Assembly: GCA_964622545.1 (NCBI GenBank)
Contig: CAZUQM010000014.1
Location: 39,726-103,725 of the forward strand
Source of the DNA: an uncultured Planctomycetales bacterium
GTDB taxonomy: Bacteria; Planctomycetota; Phycisphaerae; UBA1845; JAFGLZ01
Direction of reading: 5' to 3'
Length of the DNA: 64,000 bases
Below, in pieces: positions 10,074 to 19,211 of this stretch. The position numbers and the translations under genes were made by a program. The number at the start of each line of letters is the position of its first letter. Positions within the stretch are counted from its first letter, which is position 1. The notes below the pieces were generated by a model, which ran no database searches, had not been told where the DNA came from, and saw only the letters and a list, made by a program, of their open reading frames with translations.

Positions 10074-13000
10074 ATGCTGGCTTCATTCATGCGACGCACA
10101 CACCAGCGCCCGCTCGTCCCGGCCTTGACCGTCTGCGGCCTACTACTCGGCCTCACCGCCCATCGCGCTCCGGCCGCGGAGAGCTGTCAGTCCCGGGCCA
10201 AGGCCATCCTCGAGGCCACCGGCGTCCGGGGCGGACTCGTCGTCCACATCGGCTGCGGCGACGGCAAGCTGACCGCCGCCCTGCGGGCCGACGACAGCTA
10301 CCTCGTCCACGGCCTGACCGCCGACGACGCCGACCTGACCAAGGCCCGAGAACCCATCCGGGCTCTCGGTCTCTACGGCGAGGTCACCGTCGACCTGCTC
10401 CGCGGCAAACAGCTCCCCTACGCCGACAACCTGGTCAATCTCGTGGTGGCCGAGGACCTCTGCGGCGTGCCGATGGCCGAGGTCATGCGCGTCCTCGCCC
10501 CACAGGGCGTGGCCTACGTCCAATCGGGCGGCTCGTGGACCAAGACCGTCAAGCCCCGCCCCGAGGCTATCGACGAATGGACCCACTGCCTCTACGACGC
10601 CACCAACAACGCCGTCTGCGACGACACCGTCGTCGGCCCGCCGCGCCAGCTCCAATGGGTTCGCGGGCCGAAATGGGCTCGCAGCCACGATCACCTCGCC
10701 AGCGTCACGGCCGTGGTCTCGGCAGGCGGACGCGTCTTCTACATCGTCGACCGCGGCCCGACGGCCGCCGTCGTCCTCGACGCCAAGTGGTTCCTCGTCG
10801 CGTGCGACGCCTTCAGCGGCGTCACCCTCTGGGAGCGCCCCATCGACCGCTGGCAGTGGCACCTCCGCGGCTTCCGAAGCGGACCGCCGGACCTCTCCCG
10901 GCGATTGGTCGCCGTGGGCGATCGCGTCTACGTTACGCTCGGCCTCGGCGAGCCGCTCAGCGAGCTCGACGCCGCCACGGGCAAGACGCTCCGGACCTTC
11001 CCCAATACGAAAGACGCGCTGGAGGCCATCATCGACGACGGCATCCTCTACGCCGTTGCAGGTCAGCCCGAAGCCCAGCAGGCCGCCGACCGGGCACACC
11101 GACGCGGCAAGCGCCCCGGCTTCGAGCAAGTGCGCCCGCAGCGGCCCGCCTACACCGAGACGCCGCCGATCAAGCGAATCATCGCGATCGATATCGCCGG
11201 CGGAAAGACGCTCTGGACCAAGAGCGACGCCGAGACCCGCGAGCTCATGCCGACCGCCCTGGCCGCCGCCGACGGCAAGGTCTACTTCCAGAACCCCGAC
11301 GATATCGTCTGCCTCAACGCCCGAAACGGCCAGAAGGTCTGGACCGCCGCGCGCCCCGTCAGCCGCAAACGCCTCTCTTGGACCGCTCCAACCCTGGTCG
11401 CTTACGGCGACGTGGTCCTCTCCGGGGACCGCAAGATCGAGCAACGATCCGCCGACGTCCCGGACGACGGCCGCAAGGTCGAGTGGCTCGTCTCCAGCGC
11501 CGGCGGGCGAGCCCCCGTCGGCGAGGTCATCGCCTTCTCGGCCAAGACCGGAGAGCGACTCTGGAGCGCCCCATGCAAGGAGTGCTACAACGCCCCGGTC
11601 GACGTCCTCGTCGCCGACGACCTGGTCTGGACCGGCGAGCTCGTCCAGGCCAGGGAACCCGGCATCACCCGCGGCCTCGATCCCAGAACAGGCCAGCCCC
11701 GCCGAACCCGACCCAGCGATCTCGAGTTCTTCCGTCCCGGCATGGGACACCACCGCTGCTACCGCAACCGCGGCACGCCGAAGTACCTCGTCCTGGGCCG
11801 CTCCGGCGTGGAGTTCATCGACCTCAAGACCGGCGACGGCATCGCCCATCACTGGACGCGCGGCACCTGCCAATACGGCGTGATCCCCTGCAACGGCCTG
11901 CTCTACGTCCCGCCGCACTCGTGCGCCTGCTTCATCCGGTCGAAGCTGAACGGTTTCAACTGCTTCGCCCCGGGGGACACCTCGCTCGAGCTACGGATCG
12001 ACAAGCGCGGCCGGCTCGAGAAGGGCCCCGCCTTCGATCACCCGATCGCCGATGAGACCACGGCCAAGACCGACTGGCCCTGCTACCGCGGCGATCCCGC
12101 TCGCAGCGGACGGGCCGCATCCTCCGTGCCGGCCAGGCTCCAGCCCGGTTGGACCACCCACCTCGGCGGCGACCTCTCCAGCGTCGTCGTCGCCGGCGGC
12201 CGGGTCTTCGTGGCCCAGGTCGACACCCACACCGTCCATGCCCTGAACGCCGCCGACGGCGGCAGCCTCTGGGCCCACGTTGCGGGCGGACGCGTCGACA
12301 GCCCGCCCACCGTCTGGAAGGGCCGCGTCTACTTCGGATCGGCCGACGGCCGCGTCACCTGCCTCCGCGCCGCCGACGGCTCGCTCGTCTGGCGGTTCCG
12401 CGCCGCGCCGCAAGATCGGCGCATCGTCGCCTATGGACGACTCGAATCCCTCTGGCCCGTCCACGGAAGCGTCCTCGTCCGCGACGGTGTCGTCTACTGC
12501 GCCGCGGGCCGATCGTCCTACCTCGACGGCGGCATGCGGCTCGTCCGCCTCGACGCCCGGTCCGGCAACCTGCTCAGCGAGACGGTCATTGATCACCGTG
12601 ACCCCAAGACCGGCTACCAACCCAAGGAGGTCGTCCGCGGGACGAGCATGCCCGGCGCCCTGCCCGACGTCTTGTCCTGCAAGGGCGACAGCGTCTTCCT
12701 GCGCCATCTGCGGTTTGACCTCGCCGGCAAACAGCTCGACAAGAGCGTCCCCCACCTCTACAGCCCGGCCGGCTTCCTCGACGACGCCTGGTGGCACCGC
12801 ACGTACTGGCAATACGGCACGGCCATGGCCACGGCCTACGGCGGGTGGCCGCGCGTCGGCATGCGGGTCCCCGCCGGACGGTTGCTGGCGGTGGATGGCT
12901 CCAGGGTCTACGGCTTCGGGCGAAGCCAGTACCACCATACCGGCGGACACCTCGGCATCGATTCGGCCACGGTGTTCCACTTCAGGCCGCCTCGGGACGA

Positions 13001-13418
13001 GAAGCATCGCGAGACGCACTACGAGGCGTTCTCCGTCGTCATGCCCGATCCCAAGGACGTCGCTCAGGCCCACGCCCGACCCAAACGGGGCAAGAAGGGC
13101 GGCAAGAAACCACCCGTCCCACGCAAGCGATACCTCTGGCGATGCAAGCTGCCGGTCCTGGCGCGGGCCATCGTCCTGGCCGAAGACCACCTCGTCCTGG
13201 CCGGACCGCCCGACCTCTTCGCGACCGACGACCCCATCGCCGCTCTCCAGGGCAAAAAGGGCGGCAAGCTGGTCGTGCTCAACAAAAAGCAGGGCAAGCC
13301 CGTCGCCCAGACACGGCTCGACAGCCCGCCCGTCTTCGACGGCATGGCCGCGGCGGGCGGGGCCATCTACCTGGCCACGATGGACGGCAAGATCGTTTGC
13401 CTGCGCGGCAAAGGGTAG
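10074..13418 (+). CDS. PQQ-like (BamB-type) beta-propeller repeat protein with an N-terminal class I methyltransferase-like domain behind a signal peptide
   Basis: AAGGAG precedes ATG 10074. The signal peptide is ..LTVCGLLLGLTAHRAPAAES. The methyltransferase-like motifs are VVHIGCGDG, LPYADNLVNLVV and MRVLAPQG. Many propeller repeats follow (DG.(L/V)YV....G.(V/L).(C/A)L.A..G..(L/V)W). Confidence 0.75.
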   Translation: MLASFMRRTHQRPLVPALTVCGLLLGLTAHRAPAAESCQSRAKAILEATGVRGGLVVHIGCGDGKLTAALRADDSYLVHGLTADDADLTKAREPIRALGLYGEVTVDLLRGKQLPYADNLVNLVVAEDLCGVPMAEVMRVLAPQGVAYVQSGGSWTKTVKPRPEAIDEWTHCLYDATNNAVCDDTVVGPPRQLQWVRGPKWARSHDHLASVTAVVSAGGRVFYIVDRGPTAAVVLDAKWFLVACDAFSGVTLWERPIDRWQWHLRGFRSGPPDLSRRLVAVGDRVYVTLGLGEPLSELDAATGKTLRTFPNTKDALEAIIDDGILYAVAGQPEAQQAADRAHRRGKRPGFEQVRPQRPAYTETPPIKRIIAIDIAGGKTLWTKSDAETRELMPTALAAADGKVYFQNPDDIVCLNARNGQKVWTAARPVSRKRLSWTAPTLVAYGDVVLSGDRKIEQRSADVPDDGRKVEWLVSSAGGRAPVGEVIAFSAKTGERLWSAPCKECYNAPVDVLVADDLVWTGELVQAREPGITRGLDPRTGQPRRTRPSDLEFFRPGMGHHRCYRNRGTPKYLVLGRSGVEFIDLKTGDGIAHHWTRGTCQYGVIPCNGLLYVPPHSCACFIRSKLNGFNCFAPGDTSLELRIDKRGRLEKGPAFDHPIADETTAKTDWPCYRGDPARSGRAASSVPARLQPGWTTHLGGDLSSVVVAGGRVFVAQVDTHTVHALNAADGGSLWAHVAGGRVDSPPTVWKGRVYFGSADGRVTCLRAADGSLVWRFRAAPQDRRIVAYGRLESLWPVHGSVLVRDGVVYCAAGRSSYLDGGMRLVRLDARSGNLLSETVIDHRDPKTGYQPKEVVRGTSMPGALPDVLSCKGDSVFLRHLRFDLAGKQLDKSVPHLYSPAGFLDDAWWHRTYWQYGTAMATAYGGWPRVGMRVPAGRLLAVDGSRVYGFGRSQYHHTGGHLGIDSATVFHFRPPRDEKHRETHYEAFSVVMPDPKDVAQAHARPKRGKKGGKKPPVPRKRYLWRCKLPVLARAIVLAEDHLVLAGPPDLFATDDPIAALQGKKGGKLVVLNKKQGKPVAQTRLDSPPVFDGMAAAGGAIYLATMDGKIVCLRGKG

Positions 13419-13465
13419 CCACCCGGCCGCTTCCGCCCGGGGACCTTTGCCGATAGCATGCGCCA

Positions 13466-13555
13466 TCGGCGGGGCCCATGGTTCAGCCGTGGGTGACGCG
13501 AATCGCCCACGAAGGCGCGTTCTTCGCCCTTGAAGAGGTGGCCCGCCCAAGGGAG
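13466..13555 (+). repeat. intergenic repeat module C, copy 2
   Basis: The core GGCCCATGGTTCAGCCGTGGGTGACGCGAATCG lies at 13473-13505, 55 nt after the stop at 13418. Confidence 0.7.
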
Positions 13556-13642
13556 GTGTCCGTGGACGGTCCGAGCGCGCGCCGGCGGGGCGCGCCGTGC
13601 TGGATGAACGAGTAGGACCCCTCGAACTCGAAAGGAAAAGTC

Positions 13643-14815
13643 ATGCGATCTGTGATCCGATGCTGTGCCGTGGTGATGGGCGTCGCGGGCCTGCTGACCT
13701 CGACCGCCGTCTGCCAGCAGCCGAAGGCCTCGTTCAACGGCCTGCACATGAACATGGGCAACCTGCCGCGCCTCTCCAACGCCAAGACGCGCTCCATCTC
13801 GCCCGAGAACTTCACCGGCGAGAAGGGCAAGGGCGGCATGGCCACCGAGGGCACCGGCAAGGACGCCGCCCGCGAGCTGGGCCAGGGGTGGAAGGTCTCG
13901 CCCTCGGTCCGCATCGAGGCTCAGTCGACGTTCACGCTAGCCGACATCAAGGGCTCGGGCGCGATCCAGCAGATCTGGTTGACCCCGACCGGACACTGGC
14001 GGTTCCTCATCCTTCGAATGTACTGGGACGGCGAGAAGCAGCCGTCGGTCGAGGTGCCGGTGGGCGACTTCTTCGCCTGCGGCTGGGGCGAGTACGCCCA
14101 CGTCTCGTCCCTGCCGGTGTGCGTCAACCCGGGCAGCGCGTTCAATTGCTACTGGGTCATGCCGTTCCGCAAATCGGCCAAGATCACCATCGAGAACATC
14201 GGCAAGAAGACCGAGACCGTCTACTACCAGATCAACTACACGCTGACCGACGTGCCCGCCGACGAGGCCTACTTCCACGCCCAGTTCCGACGCGTCAATC
14301 CGCTGCCGTACAAGGAGGTCTACACCATCGTCGACGGCATCCGAGGCAAGGGCCACTACGTCGGCACGTACATGGCCTGGGGTGTGAACAACAACGGATG
14401 GTGGGGCGAGGGCGAGATCAAGTTCTACATGGACGGCGACACCAAGTTCCCCACCATCTGCGGCACCGGCACCGAAGACTACTTCTGCGGCTCGTACGGC
14501 TTCCACGTCACCGGCGAGGACGGCAAGCGACGCTACCAGGAGTACACCACGCCGTTTGCGGGCATGCCGCAGGTCATCCGTCCCGACGGGCTCGACAAGG
14601 CCAATCAGCGCTTCGGCCTCTACCGATGGCACGTCATGGATCCGGTGCGGTTCGACAAGGACCTCCGCGTGACGATCCAGGCGCTGGGATGGCGGTCATA
14701 CGGCCGGTACCTGCCGCTCCAGGACGACATCGCCTCGGTCGCCTACTGGTACCAGACCGAGCCGCACGCGCCGTTCCCCAAGCTGCCGGACGCGGACTAC
14801 CTCGAGGTGCGGTAG
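13643..14815 (+). CDS. DUF2961 / glycoside hydrolase family 172-like protein
   Basis: An SD-like AAAGGA precedes ATG 13643 and a signal peptide follows. The characteristic stretch is WWGEGEIKFYMDGDTKFPTICGTGTEDYF, with a YRWHVMDPV..FDKDLRV tail. Confidence 0.8.
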   Translation: MRSVIRCCAVVMGVAGLLTSTAVCQQPKASFNGLHMNMGNLPRLSNAKTRSISPENFTGEKGKGGMATEGTGKDAARELGQGWKVSPSVRIEAQSTFTLADIKGSGAIQQIWLTPTGHWRFLILRMYWDGEKQPSVEVPVGDFFACGWGEYAHVSSLPVCVNPGSAFNCYWVMPFRKSAKITIENIGKKTETVYYQINYTLTDVPADEAYFHAQFRRVNPLPYKEVYTIVDGIRGKGHYVGTYMAWGVNNNGWWGEGEIKFYMDGDTKFPTICGTGTEDYFCGSYGFHVTGEDGKRRYQEYTTPFAGMPQVIRPDGLDKANQRFGLYRWHVMDPVRFDKDLRVTIQALGWRSYGRYLPLQDDIASVAYWYQTEPHAPFPKLPDADYLEVR

Positions 14816-14874
14816 CCGGGCGGACATCGCATGGAAGGCTCGCGGGCCACATGACCCGCGAGCTGACGTGCAAC

Positions 14875-14938
14875 GATGTGTGGCATGGCCATGCTGTCGT
14901 TCGCATGGCCATGGGACGGCGAGGCTCCCGCCGAGCCG
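14875..14938 (+). repeat. intergenic repeat module F, copy 1 (weak)
   Basis: It shares the termini GATGTG(T)GGCA and GGCTCCCGCCGAGCCG with 32443-32513. The interiors differ but both are self-complementary or repetitive. Confidence 0.35.
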
Positions 14939-15320
14939 CCGCTTCGCAGCAGCCGTCTCCGCCAGCAATAGAGACCTGAAGGGCCTCGATAGAATAGCCG
15001 GGGGTGGAGCTCGCCAAAGGCGGACGAAACCCCGGGAAGCTGGCCGCGTGGCAATCGATACCGCAACGATACGTCGTGCCGGCCAGGATCAACGGCCTGC
15101 CGGGGCGGGCGTCGAGCTCGATCGGATCATTGTTGGCCCGGACGATCAACCCTACGCCTCGCACCGCCTCGTCGGGGGGGCTCGAACTTCGCCGAGACCC
15201 AGCGTCGAGCCTCACCTGCCCCGAACGACCCGTTGGGTCTGCACTCCGGCGCTCGTGCCGAGCGTTGCTCACAAGCCAAAGGACCGCATCGCGACGCGCC
15301 CATGTGCTCCCACGCAGGCT

Positions 15321-17168
15321 TCATCGGCCGCGGTCGTGGACGAAGACGTCGCATCCGCCGTTCGTGTCGCCCGTCACCAGGTTGCTGCCAGTAGCACTGA
15401 ACGCCGTGTGGCGCCCATCGTAGGAGAGGCTCATATCCCAGACCCCGCCGTCAGTTGTTTCCGCGCCGTCGGAGGCAACGCTGACTCGGACCGTGCTCCG
15501 CTTGCCCTCGCCCTCCTCATCGAAGACACCGTTCTCATCAGCATCTCGGTCGTGGACGAAGCCGTCCGTCCTGCCGTTGCTATCGTCCGGCACAACATTG
15601 GATGCAACACTGTTGAACGCCACGAAACGCCCATCGCCTGAGATACTGACGTTGGGTGGGAGCCACAAGGGGTCGTGTCCGGCCGTCTGATCCCCGTTGG
15701 ATTTGACGCTGACTCGGACCGTGCTCGTCTTGCCCGCGCCGTCCTCATCGAAGACGCCATTTCCATCGGCGTCTCGGTCGTGGACGAAATAGTCTGTTGC
15801 TCCGTTGGTGTCCCCCGGGACGATGTCGGCTGCTTCGCTGATGAAAGCAATGTGGCGACCGTCAGCCGAGATCTCCGGCTCCACGCAGTGTCCACCGGTG
15901 ACCTGTGTCCCGTCCGATCGCACGCTGACGCGCACCGTCTCGGTCTCACCGGGCTCATCGAAGACCCCGTCGGCATCGGCGTCTCGGTCGTAGACGAAGA
16001 CGTCGCATCTGCTGTTGGTATCTCCCGGGACGAGATTGGTCACGAAACTCTGGAACGCTACGTAGCGGCCGTTCGCTGAGATGATGGGGTTGCGGGTCAC
16101 TAGGTTCGACTCGCCCCCGTCGGGGAAGATGTCCATGCGGGTGGTCTTAATCGCGTCGGCCTCGTCAAAGAATCCGTCCTCGTCGGCGTCCCGGTCGTGG
16201 ACGAAGATGTCCGCAGGGGCGTTTGAGTCTTCGGGCACGAGATTCGTTGAGCTGCTCATAAAGGCCACAAACCGTCCATTCGAAGAAAGGGATGCGACGC
16301 TGCCGCCGCGGTCGGCCTGGCTCCCGTCAGAGGCCACGTTCACGCGGACAATCTTGACCTGGCCGGCCTCGTCGAAAACTCCGTTGCCGTCGGGATCGCG
16401 GTCGTAGACGAAGACGTCTGTCTTGTCGTTGGTATCTCCCGCGACCAGATCCGTGGCATAGCTGGTGAACGCAACGTGGCGGCCGTTCGCCGAGATGCAG
16501 GGCGATAGGCTGAGGTCGTTGCCGGGTTGACCTTCGAGACCGATGCTGACGCAGATCGTGAGGTTCTTACCCGCACCGTCTTCGTCGTAGATGCCGTTGC
16601 CGTCGGCGTCGCGATCGCGAACGAACACGTCATGCTTCTGGTTGATGTCACCCGACACGAGACCATGCGCGCTGCTCTCGAACGCAACATGGCGGCCATC
16701 TGCCGAGATGCTCGCGTCGGAGCTCTGGCCGTTGGTCGCTTGTGTCCCGTCGGAGGTGACGCTGACGCGAACGGTTCTTCTGACGGCGTATTGGGCTGCG
16801 GCAACGTCGCTCTGCGTCATGCCGTCCTTGTAGGCGCGGGCCTTGAGCGTCGTGCCGTAGGTGAGATCGATTGGGCTCGTGTATTCCGTGCTGGTGGGCG
16901 TCGGATCGTTGCCGTCGGCGGTGTAGCGGATGGTCGCGCCGCCCGTCGCACAGCGGATCGTGACCTGGGCCGTGCCGTCATAGGTCCCGGGATCCGGCGT
17001 GAACTCCGGCGTCTGCACCGTCTCAGGTGGCTGTGGCGGTCCCGGCGGCGGACAGCCAAAGATCCCAAAGGCCGCGACGACAATCAGAAAGACGCCGCCA
17101 ACCCGGAGAAGACCGTCCCGCTGAATCCCATCAGAGGTCCGAGTCTCTTCTCTGTCATCGGTTCGCAT
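15321..17168 (-). CDS. membrane-anchored surface repeat protein: chitobiase/hexosaminidase C-terminal-like domain plus ~8 PD40/TolB-like repeats, each with a DxDxDG calcium-binding-like motif
   Basis: An N-terminal hydrophobic anchor is followed by a PPPGPPQPPE linker. The domain TPEFTPDPGTY..IRYT.DG.DPT follows. The repeat VRVSV.SDG.Q..G.S..P.ISA(D/N)GR.VAF.S.A.(N/D)LV.GDTN...DVFV.DRDADGNGVFDE recurs with a period of ~57-60 aa. Confidence 0.75.
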   Translation of the reverse strand: MRTDDREETRTSDGIQRDGLLRVGGVFLIVVAAFGIFGCPPPGPPQPPETVQTPEFTPDPGTYDGTAQVTIRCATGGATIRYTADGNDPTPTSTEYTSPIDLTYGTTLKARAYKDGMTQSDVAAAQYAVRRTVRVSVTSDGTQATNGQSSDASISADGRHVAFESSAHGLVSGDINQKHDVFVRDRDADGNGIYDEDGAGKNLTICVSIGLEGQPGNDLSLSPCISANGRHVAFTSYATDLVAGDTNDKTDVFVYDRDPDGNGVFDEAGQVKIVRVNVASDGSQADRGGSVASLSSNGRFVAFMSSSTNLVPEDSNAPADIFVHDRDADEDGFFDEADAIKTTRMDIFPDGGESNLVTRNPIISANGRYVAFQSFVTNLVPGDTNSRCDVFVYDRDADADGVFDEPGETETVRVSVRSDGTQVTGGHCVEPEISADGRHIAFISEAADIVPGDTNGATDYFVHDRDADGNGVFDEDGAGKTSTVRVSVKSNGDQTAGHDPLWLPPNVSISGDGRFVAFNSVASNVVPDDSNGRTDGFVHDRDADENGVFDEEGEGKRSTVRVSVASDGAETTDGGVWDMSLSYDGRHTAFSATGSNLVTGDTNGGCDVFVHDRGR

Positions 17169-17351
17169 GGCAGACGCTCCAGAAGCCCGAGCGGTCCGCG
17201 CCGTTTGCCTGGCAGTGCTAGCGAATCCAATCGCGATGACCGCAACACCACGTCATTGTAGCAGACCCTGCCGGGATGATCGGGCAACAGAATATTCCTC
17301 ATAAAGTATATCAGCGTTGCGACGGGTGGCGATAGATCGCGCCGGTTGTGG

Positions 17352-17395
17352 TGACGGTCTGTGACGGTGTGACGGCCTTTGACGGTACTTGACCC
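17352..17395 (+). repeat. phased TGACGG/TGACCC array (5 units spaced 10, 8, 10 and 10 nt)
   Basis: TGACGG occurs at 17352, 17362, 17370 and 17380, and TGACCC at 17390. The array lies between a terminator and the start of the 15321..17168 gene. Confidence 0.6.
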
Positions 17396-17425
17396 GTGTT
17401 GCCTACCGCGGCCCGGCTGCGAACT

Positions 17426-17475
17426 CCACAAAAGAAGAGATCCGCCGACACGCGCGTCGCGCGGCGACGGATCTC
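17426..17475 (-). terminator. intrinsic terminator downstream of the 17511..18701 oxidoreductase gene
   Basis: Arms at 17437-17447 and 17465-17475 pair 10 of 11 positions. On the minus strand the stem is followed directly by TTCTTTTGT (plus strand 17428-17436). The site starts 36 nt after the stop codon. Confidence 0.6.
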
Positions 17476-17510
17476 GATGCCCGGACCTTGTTGGAACAAC
17501 CCGCTTGCGC

Positions 17511-18701
17511 CTACGGATCCGTCGTTGTGCCGAGGTCCTTCCACGTGATGACGCGCTCGTCGAACTTCTTGGTCGATGGATCAAACATCGCCTTGCGACC
17601 CATCATGCTCATCAACGTCGCGACGCGAGCCGTCTCGATGTTGCTCGCTGGCACGACCTTCTCCTTCGAGCGGCAGTGCTCGGCGAAGGCCAGCAGCTCG
17701 CCCTTCACGCCGGTCAGGTGATCGCAGGCCTTGTTCGTCATCGGCACCTCCCTGCCCTGCACGTTGTAGGCCTTCCACGTGCCGGGCAGCTTGTAGTCGA
17801 TCTTGTAGATCTCCGCCCCGCCCTTGTCGCCGATGGCACGAAGCTTCTCGCCGATGAACTTCCGCGTGCCCACGCCGAACAGATGCGAATACTGGAACAA
17901 CGCCCCGCACCCATACTCAAAGACCGTGAACGAATGGTCCTCGACCACGCTGCCGAGCGGGGTCTTGCGGTTGATGCCGCCCATCGAGACGCACCGCTCC
18001 GGGTGCGCGCCGTCCATGATCCACGCCATGACGTCCATGTGGTGACCCGCCTGCTCCACCAGCTCGCCGCCGGACATGTTGACGTCCGTGACCCAGTGGC
18101 CATGGCCGGGCAGCCGCGGCCACTTCCAGTGACCCTCCAGGAATCGGATCTTGCCGACGGCGCCCTGCTTGATCTTTTCGATGGCCTCGACGTAGCCGGG
18201 CTTGTACCGCCGCTGGAAGCCGATCATGCAGATGCCCTTGGCCTTGCGGGCGGCCTTGACGAACTGATCCACGCGCTCGACGTCGGCATCCAGGGGCTTC
18301 TCGCAGAAGATGTGGTAGCCCGCCTCGAGCACGGGCACGGCCACCTTGGCGTGGTTGCCCACCTCGGTGGCGATGATGATGCCGTCCAGCTTCTCCTTCT
18401 CCATCATCTGCCGGAAGTCCGTGTAGGTCTTCGGTACCGCGACGCCCTTGGCCTGGACCTCCTTGACCGCCCTGTCCAGGGCGTCCTGCTTGAGGTCGCA
18501 GATCGCGGCCATGCGAATGCCGGCCAGTTGAACGGCCTCTCGGAGCAGAAACCGCCCGCGTCCGCCCGTGCCGATCTGGCCGAGCTTCACCTCGTCGTCC
18601 TTGCCCAGTGCCTTCTGCACCGTCGCGCCGAGCGCCAGGGCCGCTCCGCCCGCCGACGCCGTCCCCAGAAACTCCCTGCGTGAGGAATCGCCTGTCGTCA
18701 T
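17511..18701 (-). CDS. Gfo/Idh/MocA family oxidoreductase with a twin-arginine (TAT) signal
   Basis: The N-terminus is MTTGDSSRREFLGTASAGGAALALGA. The Rossmann segment reads LGQIGTGGRG and is followed by a typical EKP..... motif (FCEKPL). Confidence 0.85.
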   Translation of the reverse strand: MTTGDSSRREFLGTASAGGAALALGATVQKALGKDDEVKLGQIGTGGRGRFLLREAVQLAGIRMAAICDLKQDALDRAVKEVQAKGVAVPKTYTDFRQMMEKEKLDGIIIATEVGNHAKVAVPVLEAGYHIFCEKPLDADVERVDQFVKAARKAKGICMIGFQRRYKPGYVEAIEKIKQGAVGKIRFLEGHWKWPRLPGHGHWVTDVNMSGGELVEQAGHHMDVMAWIMDGAHPERCVSMGGINRKTPLGSVVEDHSFTVFEYGCGALFQYSHLFGVGTRKFIGEKLRAIGDKGGAEIYKIDYKLPGTWKAYNVQGREVPMTNKACDHLTGVKGELLAFAEHCRSKEKVVPASNIETARVATLMSMMGRKAMFDPSTKKFDERVITWKDLGTTTDP

Positions 18702-18869
18702 AGTGTGTCCCTTTCCATGTCCGGTGAACGTGATGAGGATCGCATGTCTTCGCTTGCCGGGCGCGGTCGTCCCCCGCGCCGGAGCCGATATGCTACCACC
18801 GCCCCGTCAAGGTCGACAACCGGCCGGCCCAATTGCCCCCGGTCGGCCATGTCGCGACTCGCCCTCGGT

Positions 18870-19033
18870 GACGCGACCGCCGGTGACGGTGCTCATGATG
18901 TCAAAGCCCTGAGGTCGGAAGCCTGTAGCCTGAAGTCTCCAATCAGGCAGCGCTGCCGTTCAGCCGCTTCTGCCCCACAGGAGCCCACACGTTCCGACGA
19001 GCCGCCGACACACCCCAAGCGCGTCATTCCTTG
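18870..19033 (+). repeat. direct repeat module B, copy 1 (upstream of the sulfatase)
   Basis: The first ~122 nt are identical to 21059-21180. The remaining ~40 nt are similar with scattered mismatches. Confidence 0.9.
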
Positions 19034-19037
19034 AATG

Positions 19038-19065
19038 TTGACGTGTCGACGTGTCGTCTTGCCGG
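19038..19065 (+). repeat. octanucleotide array module A (about 3 units of YGACGTGT)
   Basis: The sequence reads TGACGTGT CGACGTGT CGTCTTGC. Confidence 0.8.
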
Positions 19066-19211
19066 GGCCCGGCCCCATCCCGGGCGACTTCGCTTTCGTC
19101 CACGCCGAACACGACCTGTCCGTTCCCGCACGCATTGTGGACGCCACAACCGCCAAGGTACCATACGCATATCCAACAAACGCACCTCGCTCGATCGATG
19201 GAGGGTTTTCG

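Noticed and set aside
19035-19211. The N-terminal extension of the sulfatase ORF (MLTCRRVVLPGPGP...), and the ORF 20895..21101 with the same first 11 residues.
   Set aside because: The shared residues are encoded by the octamer array and module B repeats. The sulfatase has a proper TAT signal starting at the internal ATG 19212.
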